Assembly (NCBI RefSeq): GCF_009914755.1
Contig: NC_060934.1
Length of the DNA stretch: 64,000 nucleotides
Source: the human T2T-CHM13v2.0 reference genome, Homo sapiens
Direction: 5' to 3' (one strand)
Shown: positions 14,741 through 30,110 of the stretch, piece by piece
Position numbering within the stretch: position 1 is the stretch's first letter
How the letters are laid out: each line of letters begins with the position of its first letter
The notes under the pieces: model-generated
The model's input: the letters and a program-made list of their open reading frames with translations, nothing else
What the model was told of the DNA's origin: nothing
Databases searched by the model: none
Position numbers and translations under genes: made by a program

Positions 14741-16589
14741 AAAGGACTAGAAGGGAATGGAATGGAATGGACACGAATGGAATGGAATGGACTCGAAAGG
14801 AAGGGGATGGAATGTAATAGAATGGACTGTAATGGAAGGGAATCTAATGGAATTGAATGGACTTGAATGGAATGGAATGGAATGGACTCGAATGGAATGG
14901 AATGCAATCGAATGGACTCAAATGGAATGGAATGCAATTGAATAGAAAATAACTGAATGGCATGGACTAGAATGTAATAGAATGTAATGGACTCCAGGGG
15001 AAAGTTGTCGAATGGAATGGACTCATATGGAATGGAGTGGAATGGACTAGAATGGAATGGAATTGAATGGACTCGATTGGAATGGAAGATATTCTAATGA
15101 AGTGGACTCGAATGGAATGGAATTGAGTGATCTCGATTGGAATGGAATAGATTCTAAGAAATGGACTAGAATGGAATGGAATGGAATGGACCAGAACCGA
15201 AAGAGTTGGAATGGAATGGAATGGAATGTAATTGAAAGGAATGGAATGGAATGGAATGGAATGTCCTCAAAAGGAATTGAATAGAATGGAACGGATTCGA
15301 AGGGAATGGAATGGAATGGACTCGAATGAAATAGAAAGAATGGAAAGGAATAGACTTGAAAAAAATGGAATGGAATGGCATAGACTCGAATGGAATGGAC
15401 CCGAATGTAATGTCATGGAATCAAATGGAATGGACTCGAATGGAATGGAATGGAATTGACTCGAATGAAATTGAATGGAATGGACTTGAATGGAATAGAA
15501 TGGAAAGGACTCGAAAGGAAGGGTGTGGAAAGGAAGGGATTCGAATGGAATGGAGTGGATTGGACTCGAATGGAATGGAATTGAATGGACTCGATTGGAA
15601 TGGAATACAATGGAATGAAATGGATTCGAAAGCAATGGACTGGAATGGAATGTTCACGGATGGAATGGAATGGAATGGAAAGGACTCGAATGAAATACAA
15701 CGGAATTTAATCGAATGGACTCTAATGTAATGGAATGTTGTGGACTCCAGTGGAATAAAATGGACTATACACGAATGGAATGGACTCGAATGGAATGGAA
15801 TGGAACGGAACGGATCCAAAGGTCATAGAATGGAATGGACTCGAATGGAATGGAATGGACTCGGATGGAATGGAAAGGAATGGAATGGATTCAAATGTAA
15901 TAGAATGGATTGGACTCGAATGGAATCGAATGGGATGCAGTCGAATGAAATGGAATGGAATGGAATGGATTCACATGTAATAGAATGGAATGTACTCGAA
16001 TGGAATGGAAGGTAATGGAATGGAATGGAATCAAATGGAATGGAATGGAAAGGAAAAAATGGACAGCAATGGAATGGAATGAAATGGAATGGAACTGACT
16101 TGAATGAAATAGAATGGAATGGAATGGTATGAAATCAAAGAGAATGGAATGGAATGGTCTCGAGTGGAATGGAATGGACTCGAATGGAAGGGAATGGAAT
16201 TTAATAGAATGAACCCAATGGGATGGAATCTAATGGAATGGAATGGAATGGACTCGAATGGAATGGAATGGATTGGAATCAAATGCTATGGAATGCAATG
16301 GAATGGACTGGAATGGAATGGAATAGAATTGACTTGAATGGAATTGAATGGAATGGACACGAATGGAACAGAATGGGATGGACTCCAATGGAATGGTGTG
16401 GAACGGAATGGACACGAAAGGAATGGAGTGGAATAGACTCAAATGGAATGGAACTGAAGGGACATGATTTGTATGGAATGTAGTGGAATAAATTGGACTC
16501 GAATGGAATGGAATGTAACGAATGGTCTCGAATGGAATGGAATGGAATGGACTGTTTTGGAATGGACAGAAATGGAAGGGAATGGATAG

Positions 16590-18690
16590 GACCAGAAAGG
16601 AATGGAATGGAGTGCAATGGACTCGAATGGAATGAAATGAAATGGAACCTATTTGAATGGAATGGAATGGAGTGGTCACGAATGGAATGAAATGGAATGG
16701 AAAGGACTCAAATGGAATGGAATGGAATGGACTCGAATGAAATACAACAGAATTGAATGAAATGGACTCTAATGGAATGTAATGTTGTGGACTTGAATGG
16801 AATAAAATGGACTTTACTCAAATGGAATGGAATGAAATTGAATGGACTCGAACTGAATGGAATGGAATGGATGCGAATGGAATGAAATGGAATTGAATCG
16901 ACTCGAAGGGATTGGAATGCAAAGCAATGGAATGGACTCGAATGGATTGGAATGGAATTGACTCGAATGGAATTGAATGGATTGGACCTGAATGGCATGG
17001 AATGGAATGCAATGGAATGGAATCAAATGGAATGGAATGGAATCGAATCGAATGGAATGGTATGGATTCGAATGGAATGGAATGCAATGGACACGAATGA
17101 AATGAGTTGGAATGGAATGGACTCGAATGGAAAGGAATGGAATGTAACCAAATGGTATAGAATGGAATGGAATGGACTCGAATGAAATGGAATGGAATGG
17201 ACTCGAATGGAATGGAATAGGATGGAACAGATTCAAATGTAATAGAAGAGAATGGACTCTAATTGAATGGAGAGAAATGGAATGGACTCGAATGGAATGG
17301 AGTGCATTGGAAAAGAATACACGGAATGGAAATGAATGGACTCGAATGGAATTGAATGTAACGGAATGGAATGTACTCGAATGGAATGGAAGGTAAAGGA
17401 ATGTAATTTATGCGAATGGAAAGGAATGGAATGGAATGAAATGGAATGGAATCGAATGGCATTGAATGGCATGGAATAGAATGGAATGGAATGGAATGGA
17501 GTGGAATCGACTGGAATGGAAAGGAATGAAGTGGAATAGAATGGACTTGAATGAAATAGAATGGAATGGAATGGAATGGAATGGAATAGAATGGAATGGA
17601 ATGGAATGGAATGGAAAGGAATGGATTCGAAGGGAATGGAATGAAATGGACTCGAATGGAATGGAATGGACTAGAAAGGAAGGGCATGTAATGTAATACA
17701 ATGGACCCTAGTGGAATGGAATCTAATGGAATGGAATCGAATGGAATTGAATGGAATGGAATTGACTCGATTGGAATGGAACACAATGGAATGGATTCGA
17801 ATGGAATGGAGTGCAATGGAAACGAATAGAAAGGAATGGAAATGAATGGACTCGCATGGAATGGAATGTAACAGAATGGAATGTACTCGAATGGAATGGA
17901 ATGTAATGGAATGAAATTTATTCGAATGGAAAGGAATGGAATAGAATGGAATGGAATGGAATGGATTGGAATGGAATGGAATGGATTGGAATTGAATGGA
18001 ATAGAATAGATTGGAATAGAAAGGAATGGAATGGAATGGAATGAAATGTAATGGACTGGACTTAAAATGGAATAGAATGGAATGGAATGGAATGGAATTG
18101 AATGGAATAGAATAGAATGGAATAGAAAGGAATGGAATGGAATGGAATGAAAGGTAATGGAATGGACTTAAAATGGAATAGAATGGAATGGAATGGAAAG
18201 GACTAGAAGGGAATGGAATGGAATGGACACGATTGGAATGGAATGGACTCGAAAGGAAGGGGATGGAATGTAATAGAATGGACTCTAATGGAAGGGAATC
18301 TAATGGAATTGAATGGACTTGAATGGAATGGAATGGAATGGAATGGACTCGAATAAAATGGAATGCAATAGAATGGACTCAAATGGAATGGAATGAAATT
18401 GAGTAGAAAATAATTTAATGGCATGGAATAGAATGTAATAGAATGTAATGGACTCCAGGGGAAAGTTGTCGAATGGAATGGACTGATATGGAATGGAGTG
18501 GAATGGACTCGAATGGAATGGAACTGAATGGACTCGATTGGAATGGAAGATATTCTAATCAAGTGGACTCGAATGGAATGGAATTGAGTGATCTAGATTG
18601 GAATGGAATAGATTCTATGAAATGGACTAGAATGGAATGGAATGGAATGGACCAGAACCGTATGAGTTGGAATGGAATGGAATGGAATTG
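16590..18690 (+). repeat. Truncated 2,105-bp partial unit with two internal deletions
   Basis: ORFs at 16814/18919, 16818/18923 and 16912/19017 are offset by exactly 2105. There is a jump at ~17795 that skips the gactcttctgg and atgtatgtc blocks, and a jump at ~18690 that skips the gtcctcaaa to acatgatttg blocks. Confidence 0.8.
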
Positions 18691-21600
18691 AAAGGAAAGG
18701 AATGGAATGGAATGCAATGGACTCGAAAGGAATGAAATGCAATGGAACCTATTCGAATGGAATGGAATGGAATGGTCACGACTGGAATGAAATGGAATGG
18801 AAAGGACTCAAATGGAATGGAATGGAATGGAATGGACTCGAATGAAATACAACAGAATTGAATGAAATGGACTCTAATGGAATGTAATGTTGTGGACTTG
18901 AATGGAATAAAATGGACTTTACTCAAATGGAATGGAATGAAATTGAATGGACTCGAACTGAATGGAATGGAATGGATGCGAATGGAATGAAATGGAATTG
19001 AATCGACTCGAAGGGATTGGAATGCAAAGCAATGGAATGGACTCGAATGGATTGGAATGGAATTGACTCGAATGGAATTGAATGGATTGGACCTGAATGG
19101 CATGGAATGGAATGCAATGGAATGGAATCAAATGGAATGGAATGGAATCGAATCGAATGGAATGGTATGGATTCGAATGGAATGGAATGCAATGGACTCG
19201 AATGAAATGGGTTGGAATGGAATGGACTCGAATGGAAAGGAATGGAATGTAACCAAATGGTATAGAATGGAATGGAATGGACTCGAATGAAATGGAATGG
19301 AATGGACTCGAATGGAATGGAATAGGATGGAACAGATTCAAATGTAATAGAAGAGAATGGACTCTAATGGAATGGAGAGAAATGGAATGGACTCGAATGG
19401 AATGGAGTGCATTGGAAACGAATAGATGGAATGGAAATGAATGGACTCGAATGGAATTGAATGTAACGGAATGGAATGTACTCGAATGGAATGGAAGGTA
19501 ATGGAATGTAATTTATGCGAATGGAAAGGAATGGTATGGAATGAAATGGAATAGAATCGAATGGCATTGAATGGTATGGAATAGAATGGAATGGAATGGA
19601 ATGGAGTGGAATCCATTGGAATGGAATGGAATGAAATGGAATAGAATGGACTTGAATGAAAGAGAATGGAATGGAATGGAATGGAAAGGAAATGGATTCG
19701 AAGGGAATGGAATGAAATGGACTCGAATGGAATGGAATGGACTAGAAAGAAAGGGCATGTACTGTAATAGAATGGACCCTAATGGAATGGAATCTAATGG
19801 AATGGAATCGAATGGAATTGAATGGAATGGAATTGACTCGATTGGAATGGAAACCAATGGAATGGACTCGAATGGAATGGAATGGAATGGAATTGACTAG
19901 AAAGGAATTGAAAGGAATGGACACGAATGGAATAGAATGTGATGGTCTCGAATGGAATGGTGTTGAATGCAATGGACTTTAATGGAATGGAGTGTTATGG
20001 ACTCGAATGGATTAGAATTGAATGGACTCTTCTGGAATGGAATGGATTGGAATGAAATGGACTAGAATGGAATGGAATGGAATGGAACGGAAGAGAATGA
20101 ACTGGAATGGAATGGAACGGACTCGAATGGAATGGAATGGAATGGAATGGAATGAAATGGAATAGAATGTACTGCAATGGAATGGAGTGGAATGGAACAG
20201 ACTCCAATGGATTGGAATGGAATGGATTCGAATTGAATAGAAAGGAATGGAAAGGAATGGACTTGAATGGAATGGAATGGAATGGCATAGAATCCAAAGG
20301 AGTGGACTGGAATGGACAAGAATGTAACGGCGTGGAATCAAATGGAATGGAGTTGAATGGAATGGACCCGAATGTATGTCATGGAATCAAATGGAATCGA
20401 CTCGAACAGAATGGAATGGAATGGAATGGACTGGGATGGAATAGAATGGAATGGAATGGTATGGAAGTAAAAGGAATGGAATGGAATGGACTGAAACGGA
20501 ATGGAATGGAATTCAATGGACTCAAAAGGAATGGAATTGAATGGAATTCAATGGAATGGAATGGACTCGAAAGGAATGGAATTGAATGGAATGCAAAGGC
20601 ATTCAATGGAATGGAATGGAATGGAAGGGAATGGATTGGACTCGAATGGAATGGAGTGGAATGGATTCGAATGGAATGGAATGGGATGGAACAGATTCAC
20701 ATGTAATAGAAGAGAATGGACTCGCATGGACTGGCGTGGAATGGAATGGATTGGAATGGAATGGATTGCAATGGAAACGAATAGAAAGGAATGGAAATGA
20801 ATGGACTCGCATGGAATGAAATGTAACAGGATGGAATGTACTCGAAAGGAATAGAAGTTAATGGAATGAAATTTATTCGAATGGAAAGGAATGGAATAGA
20901 ATGGAATGGAATGGAATGGAATGGAATGGAATGGAATGGAACAGAATAGAATGGAATAGAAAGGAATGGAATGGAATGGAATGAAATGTAATGGACTGGA
21001 CTTAAAATGGAATAGAATGGAATGGAATGGAAAGGACTAGAAGGGAATGGAATGGAATGGACACGAATGGAATGGAATGGACTCGAAAGGAAGGGGATGG
21101 AATGTAATAGAATGGACTCTAATGGAAGGGAATCTAATGGAATTGAATGGACTTGAATGGAATGGAATGGAATGGACTCGAATGGAATGGAATGCAATCG
21201 AATGCACTCAAATGGAATGGAATGCAATTGAGTAGAAAATAATTGAATGGCATGGACTAGAATGTAATAGAATGTAATGGACTCCAGTGGAAAGTTGTCG
21301 AATGGAATGGACTCATATGGAATGGAGTGGAATGGACTAGAATGGAATGGAATTGAATGGACTCGATTGGAATGGAAGATATTCAAATGAAGTGGACTCG
21401 GATGGAATGGAATTGAGTGATCTAGATTGGAATGGAATAGATTCTAAGAAATGGACTAGAATGGAATGGAATGGAATGGACCAGAAGCGAATGAGTTGGA
21501 ATGGAACGGAATGTAATTGAAAGGAATGGAATGGAATGGAATGGAATGGAATGGAATGTCCTCAAAAGGAATTGAATGGAATGGAACGGATTCGACTGGA

Positions 21601-24600
21601 ATGGAATGGAATGGACTCGAATGGAATAGAAAGAAAGGAAAGGAATAGACTTGAACAGAATGGTATGGAATGGCATAGACTCGAATGGAAAGGACCCGAA
21701 TGTAATGTCACGGAATCAAATGGAATGGACTCGAAAGGAATGGAATGGAATTGACTCGAATGAAATTGAATGGAATGGACTTGAGTGGAATAGAATGGAA
21801 AGGACTCGAAAGGAATGGTGTGGAATGGAAGGGATTTGAATGGAATGGAGTGGATTGGACTCGAATGGAATGGAATTGAATGGACTCGATTGGAATGGAA
21901 TGGAATACAATGGAATGAAATGGATTCGAAAGGATTGGACTGGAATGGAATGGTCACGGATGGAATGGAATGGAATGGAAAGGACTCGAATGAAATACAA
22001 CGGAATTTAATCGAATGGACTCTAATGTAACGGAATGTTGTGGACTCCAATGGAATAAAATGGACTATACACGAATGGAATGGACTCGAATAAAATGGAA
22101 TGGAATGGAACGGATCTAAAGGTGATAGAATGGAATGGACTCGAATGGAATGGAATGGAATCGGATGGAATGGAAAGGAATGGAATGGATTCAAATGTAA
22201 TAGAATGGAGTGGACTCGAATGGAATCGAATGGGATGCAGTCGAATGAAATGGAATGGAATGGAATGGATTCAAATGTAATAGAATGGAATGTACTCGAA
22301 TGGAATGGAAGGTATTGGAATGGAATGGAATCAAATGGAATGGAATGGAAAGGAATAGAATGGACTGGAATGGAATGGAATGAAATGGAATGGAACTGAC
22401 TTGAATGGAATAGAATGGAAAGGAATGGTATGAAATCAAAGGGAATGGAATGGAATGGTCTCGAATGGAATGGAATGGACTCGAATGGAAGGGAATGGAA
22501 TTGAATAGAATGGACCCAATGGGATGGAATCTAATGGAATGGAATGGAATGGACTCGAATGTAATGGAATGGATTGGAATCAAATGCTATGGAATACAAT
22601 GGAATTGACGGGAATGGAATGGAATAGAATTGACTTGAATGGAATTGAATGGAATGGACACGAATGGAACAGAATGAGGTGGACTCCAATGGAATGGTGT
22701 GGAACGGAATGGACACGAATGGAATGGAGTGGAATAGACTCAAATGGAATGGAACTGAAAGGACATGATTTGTATGGAATGTGGTGGAATAAATTGGACT
22801 CGAATGGAATGGAATGGAATCGAATGGTCTCGGATGGAATGGAATGGAATGGCATGAAATGGAATGGAATGGTTTGGAATGGACAGAAATGGAAGGGAAT
22901 GTATAAGACCAGAAAGGAATGCAATGGAATGCAATGGACTCGAATGGAATGAAATGGAATGGAACCTATTCGAATGGAATGGAATGGAATGGTCACGAAT
23001 GGAATGAAATGGAATGGAAAGGACTCAAATGGAATGAAATGGACTCGAATGAAATACAACAGAATTGAATGAAATGGACTCTAATGGAATGTAAAGTTGT
23101 GGACTTGAATAGAATAAAATGGACTTTACTCAAATGGAATGGAATGAAATTGAATGGACTCGAACTGAATGGAATGGAATGGATGCGAATGGAATGAAAT
23201 AGAATTGAATCGACTCGAAGGGATTGGAATGCAAAGCAATGGAATGGACTCGAATGGATTGGAATGGAATTGACTCGAATGGAATTGAATGGATTGGACC
23301 TGAACGGCATGGAATGGAATGCAATGGAATGGAATCAAATGGAATGGAATGGAATCGAATCGAATGGAATGGTATGGATTCGAATGGAATGGAATGCAAT
23401 GGACTCGAATGAAATGGGTTGGAATGGAATGGACTCGAATGGAATGGAATAGGATGGAACAGATTCAAATGTAATAGAAGAGAATGGAATCTAATGGAAT
23501 GGAGAGAAATGGAATGGACTCGAATGGAATGGAGTGCATTGGAAAGGAATAGATGGAATGGACATGAATGGACTCGAATGGAATTGAATGTAACGGAATG
23601 GAATATACTCGAATGGAATGGAAGGTATTGGAATGTAATTTATGCGAATGGAAAGGAATGGAATGGAATGAAATGGAATGGAATCGAATGGCATTGATTG
23701 GCATGGAATAGAATGGAATGGAATGGAATGGAATGGAGTGGAATCGACTGGAATGGAATGGAATGAAATGGAATAGAATGGACTTGAATGAAATAGAATG
23801 GAATGGAATGGAATGGAATGGAAAGGAATGGATTAGAAGGGAATGGAATGAAATGGACTCGAATGGAATGGAATGGACTAGAAAGGTAGGAAATGTTATG
23901 TAATAGAATGGACCCTAATGGAATGGAATCTAATGGAATGGAATCGAATGGAATTGAATGGAATGGAATTGACTCGATTGGAATGGAACACAATGGAATG
24001 GACTCGAATGGAATGGAATGGAATGGAATTGACTAGAAAGGAATTGAAAGGAATGGACACGAATGGAATAGAATGTGATGGACTCGAATGGAATGGTGTT
24101 GAATGGAATGGACTTTAATGGAATGGAGTGTTATGGACTCGAGTGGATTGGAATTGAATGGACTCTTCTGGAATGGAATGGATTGGAATGAAATGGACTA
24201 GAATGGAATGGAATGGAATGGAACGGAACAGAATGAATTGGAATGGAATGGAACGGACTCGAATGGAATGGAAAGGAATGGAATGGAATGGAATGGAATG
24301 GAATAGAATGTACTGCAATGGAATGGAGTGGAATGGAACAGACTCCAATGGATTGGAATGGAATGGATTCGAATTGAATAGAAAGGAATGGACTTGAATG
24401 GAATGGAATGGAATGGCATAGAATCCAAAGGAGTGGACTGGAATGGACAAGAATGTAACGGCATGGAATCAAATGGAATGGAGTTGAATGGAATGGACCC
24501 GAATGTATGTCATGGAATCAAATGGAATCGACTCGAACAGAATGGAATGGAATGGAATGGACTGGGATGGAATGGAATGGAATGGAGTGGTATGGAAGGA

Positions 24601-27600
24601 AAAGGAATGGAATGGAATGGACTCAAACGGAATGGAATGGAATTGAATGGACTCAAAAGGAATGGAATTGAATGGAATTCAATGGAATGGAATGGACTCG
24701 AAAGGAATGGAATTGAATGGAATGCAAAGGCATTCAATGGAATGGAATGGAATGGAAGGGAATGGATTGGACTCGAATGGAATGGAGTGGAATGGGCTCG
24801 AATGGAAATAAATAGAATGGACTCGAATGGAATGGAACGGGATGGAACAGATTCACATGTAATAGAAGAGAATGGACTCGCATAGACTGGCGTGGAATGG
24901 AATAGATTGGAATGGAATGGAGTGCAATGGAAACGAATAGAAAGGAATGGAAATGAATGGACTCGCATGGAATGGAATGTAACAGAATGGAATGTACTCG
25001 AATGGAATGGAAGGCAATGGAATGAAATTTATTCGAATGGAAAGGAATGGAATGGAATGGAATGGAATGGAATGGAATGGAATGGAATAGAATAGAAGGG
25101 AATAGAAAGGAATGGAATGGAATGAAATGTAATGGACTGAACTTAAAATGGAATAGAATGAAATGGAGTGGATAGGAATAGAAGGGAATGGAATGGACAC
25201 GAATGGAATGGAATGGACTCGAAAGGAAGGGGATGGAATGTAAAAGTTTGGACTCTAATGGAAGGGAATCTAATGGAATTGAATGGACTTGAATGGAATG
25301 GAATGGAATGGACTCGAATGGAATGGAATGCAATTGAATGGACTCAAATGGAATGGAATGCAATTGAGTAGAAAATAATTGAATGGCATGGACTAGAATG
25401 TAATAGAATGTAATGGACTCCAGTGGAAAGTTGTCGAATGGAATGGACTCATATGGAATGGAGTGGAATGGACTAGAATGGAATGGAATTGAATGGACTC
25501 GATTGGAATGGAAGATATTCTAATGAAGTGCACTCAAATGGAATGGAATTGAGTGATCTCGATTGGAATGGAATAGATTCTAAGAAATGGACTAGAATGG
25601 TATGGACCAGAACCGAATGAGTTGGAATGGAATGGAATGTAATTGAAAGGAATGGAATGGAATGGAATGGATTGTCCTCAAAGGGAATTGAATGGAATGG
25701 AACGGATTCGAATGGAATGGAATGGAATGTACTCGAATGGAATAGAAAGAATGGAAAGGAATAGACTTGAACAGAATGGAATGGAATGGCATAGACTCGA
25801 ATGGAATGGACCCGAATGTAATGTCATGGAATCAAATGGAATGGACTCGAATGGAATGGAATGGAATTGACTCGAATGAAATTGAATGGAATGGACTTGA
25901 GTGCAATAGAATGGAAAGGACTCGAAAGGAATGGTGTGGAATGGAGGGGATGTGAATGGAATGGAGTGGATTGGACTCGATTGGAATGGAATTGAATGGA
26001 CTCGATTGGAATGGAATACAATGGAATGAAATGGATTCGAAAGGAATGGACTGGAATGGAATGGTCACGGATGGAATGAAATGGAATGGAAAGGACTCGA
26101 ATGAAATACAACGGAATTTAATCGAATGGACTCTAATGTAACGGAATGTTGTGGACTCCAATGGAATAAAAAGGACTATACACGAATGGAATGGACTCGA
26201 AGGGAATGGAATGGAATGCAACGGATCCAAAGGTAATAGAATGGAATGGACTCGAATGGAATGGAATGGACTCGGATGGAATTGAAAGGAATGGAATGGA
26301 TTCAAATGTAATAGAATGGATTGGACTCTAATGGAATCGAATGGGATGCACTCGAATGGAATGGAATGGAATGGACTCAAATGTAATAGAATGGAATGTA
26401 TTGGAAAGGAATGGAAGGTAATGGAAAGGAATGGAATGAAACGGAATGGAATGGAAAGGAATAGAATGGACTGTAATGGAATGGAATGAAATGGAATGGA
26501 ACTGTCTTGAATGGTATAGAATGGAATGGAATGGTATGAAATCAAAGGGAATGGAATGGAATGGTCTCAAATGGAATGGAATGGACTTGAATGGAAGGGA
26601 ATGGAATTTAATAGAATGGACCCAATGGGATGGAATCTAATGGAGTGGAATGGAATGGACTCGAATGGAATGGAATGGATTGGAATCAAATGCTATGGAA
26701 TGCAATGGAATGGACTGGAATGGAATGGCATAGAATTGACTTGAATGGAATTGAATGGAATGGACACGAATGGAACAGAATGGGATGGACTCCAATGGAA
26801 TGGTGTGGAACGGAATGGACACGAATGGAATGGAGTGGAATAGACTCAAATGGAATGGAACTGAAGGGACATGATTTGTATGGAATGTAGTGGAATAAAT
26901 TGGACTCGAATGGAATGGAATGGAATCGAATGGTCTCGGATGGAATGGAATGGAATGGAATGGAATGGTTTGGAATGGACAGAAATGGAAGGGAATGGAT
27001 AGGACCAGAAAGGAATGGAAGGGAATGCAATGGACTAGAATGGAATGAAATGGAATGGAACCTATTCGAATGGAATGGAATGGTCACGAATGGAATGAAG
27101 TGGAATGGAAAGGACTCAAATGGAATGGAATGGACTCGAATGAAATACAACAGAATTGAATGAAATGGACTCTAATGGAATGTAATGTTGTGGACTTGAA
27201 TGGAATAAAATGGACTTTACTCAAATGGAATGGAATGAAATTGAATGGACTCGAACTGAATGGAATGGAATGGATGTGAATGGAATGAAATGGAATTGAA
27301 TCGACTCGAAGGGATTGGAATGCAAAGCAATGGAATGGACTCGAATGGATTGGAATGGAATTGACTCGAATGGAATTGAATGGATTGGACCTGAATGGCA
27401 TGGAATGGAATGCAATGGAATGGAATCAAATGGAATGGAATGGAATCGAATCGAATGGAATGGTATGGATTCGAATGGAATGGAATGCAATGGACTCGAA
27501 TGAAATGTGTTGGAATGGAATGGACTCGAATGGAAAGGAATGGAATGTAACCAAGTGGTATAGAATGGAATGGAATGGACTCGAATGAAATGGACTCGAA

Positions 27601-27989
27601 TGGAATGGAATAGGATGGAACAGATTCAAATGTAATAGAAGAGAATGGACCCTAATGGAATGGAGAGAAATGGAATGGAGAGAAATGGAATGGACTCGAA
27701 TGGAATAGAGTGCATGGGAAACGAATAGATGGAAAGGAAATGAATGGAGTCGAAAGGAATTGAATGTAACGGAATGTAATGTACTCGAATGGAATGGAAG
27801 GTAATGGAATGTAATTTATGCGAATTGAAAGGAATGGAATGGAATGAAATGGAATGGAATCGAATGGCATTGAATTGCATGGAATAGAATGGAATGGAAT
27901 GGAATGGAATGGAATAGAATGGACTTGAATGAAATAGAATGGAATGGAATGGAATGGAATGGAATGGAATGGATTCGAAGGGAATGGAA

Positions 27990-30110
27990 TGAAATGGACT
28001 AGAATGGAATGGAATGGAATGGAACGGAACAGAATGAATTGGAATGGAATGGATTGGACTCCAATGGAATGGAATGGAATGGAATGAAATGGAATAGAAT
28101 GTACTGCAATGGAATGGGGTGGAATGGAACAGACTCCAATGGATTGGAATGGAATGGATTCGAATTGAATAGAAAGGAATGGAAAGGAATGGACTTGAAT
28201 GGAATGGAGTGGAATGGCATAGAATCCAGAGGAGTGGACTGGAATGGAAAAGAATGTAATGGCGTGGAATCAAATGGAATGGAGTTGAATGGAATGGACC
28301 CGAATGTATGTCATGGAATCAAATGGAATCGACTCGAACAGAATGGAATGGAATGGAATGGACTGGGATGGAATGGAATGGAATGGAATGGTATGGAAGG
28401 TAAAGGAATGGAATGGAATGGACTGAAACGGAATGGAATGGAATTGAATGGACTCAAAAGGAATGGAATTGAATGGAATTCAATGGAATAGAATGGACTC
28501 GAAATGAATGGAATTGAATGGAATGCAAAGGCATTCAATGGAATGGAATGGAATGGAATGAAAGGGAATGAATTGGACTTGAATGGAATAGAGTGGAATG
28601 GGCTCGATTGGAAAGAAATAGAATGGACTCGAACGGAATGGAACGGGATGGAACAGATTCACATGTAATAGAAGAGAATGGATTCGCATGGACTGGCGTG
28701 GAATGGAATGGATTGGAATGGAATGGAGTGCAATGGAAACGAATAGAAAGGAATGGAAATGTATGGACTCGCATGGAATGGAATGTAACAGAATGGAATG
28801 TACTCGAATGGAATGGAAGGTAATGGAATGAAATTTATAAGAATGGAAAGGAATGGAATAGAATGGAATGGAATGGAATGGAATGGAAAGGAATGGATTC
28901 GAAGGGAATGGAATGAAATGGACTCGAATGCAATGGAATGGACTAGAATGGAAGGGCATGTAATGTAATACAATGTACCCTAATGGAATGGAATCTAATG
29001 GAATGGAATCGAATGGAATTGAATGGAATGGAATTGACTCGATTGCAATGGAACACAATGGAATGGACTCGAATGGAATGGAATGAAATGGAATTGACAA
29101 GAAAGGAATTGAAAGGAATGGACACGAACGGAATAGAATGTGATGGACTCGAATGGAATGGTGTTGAATGGAATGGACTTTAACGGAATGGAGTGTGATG
29201 GACTCGAATGGATTGGAATTGAATGGACTCTTCTGGAATGGAATGGACTGGAATGAAACGGATCAGAATGAACTGGAATGGATTGGAACGGACTCGAATG
29301 GAATGGAATGGAATGGAATGGAATGGAATGGAATGAAATGGAATAGAATGTACTGCAATGGAGTGGAGTGGAATGGAACAGACTCCAATGGATTGGAATG
29401 GAATGGATTCGAATTGAATAGAAAGGAATGGAAAAGAATGGACTTGAATGGAATGGAATGGAATGGCATAGAATCCAAAGGAGTGGACTGGAATGGACAA
29501 GAATGTAACGGCGTGGAATCAAATGGAATGGAGTTGAATGGAATGGACCCGAATGTATGTCATGGAATCAAATGTAATCGAATCGAACAGAATGGAATGG
29601 AATGGAATGGACTGGGATGGAATGGAATGGAATGGAATGGAATGGAATGGAATGGTATGGAAGGAAAAGGAATGGAATGGAATGGACTGAAACGGAATGG
29701 AATGGAGTTGAATGGACTCAAAAGGAATGGAATTGAATGGAATTCAATGGAATGGAATGGACTCGAAAGGAATGGAATTGAATGGAATGCAAAGGCATTC
29801 AATGGAATGGAAAGGAATGGAATGGAAGGGAATGGATTGGACTCGAATGGAATGGAGTGGAATGGGCTCGAATGGAAAGAAATAGAATGGACTCGAATGG
29901 AATGGAACGGGATGGAACAGATTCACATGTAATAGAAGAGAATGGACTCGCATGGACTGGCGTGGAATGGAATGGATTGGAATGGAATGGAGTGCAATGG
30001 AAACGAATAGAAAGGAATGGAAATGAATGGACTCGCATGGAATGGAATGTAACAGAATAGAATGTACTCGAATGGAATGGAAGGTAATGGAATGAAATTT
30101 ATTCGAATGG
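27990..30110 (+). repeat. ~1.26-kb internal tandem duplication within the 5,090-bp unit (also at +13272)
   Basis: atgtatgtcatgg occurs at ~28304 and ~29553, and attcacatgtaatag at ~28657 and ~29921. The junction aaatttataagaatgg at ~28831 returns to the aagggcatgt block. Confidence 0.8.

Noticed and set aside
27659-27690. 15-bp duplication of tggagagaaatggaa (also at ~40931)
   Set aside because: This is ordinary three-pentamer slippage, useful only as a marker of the 13.27-kb duplication.
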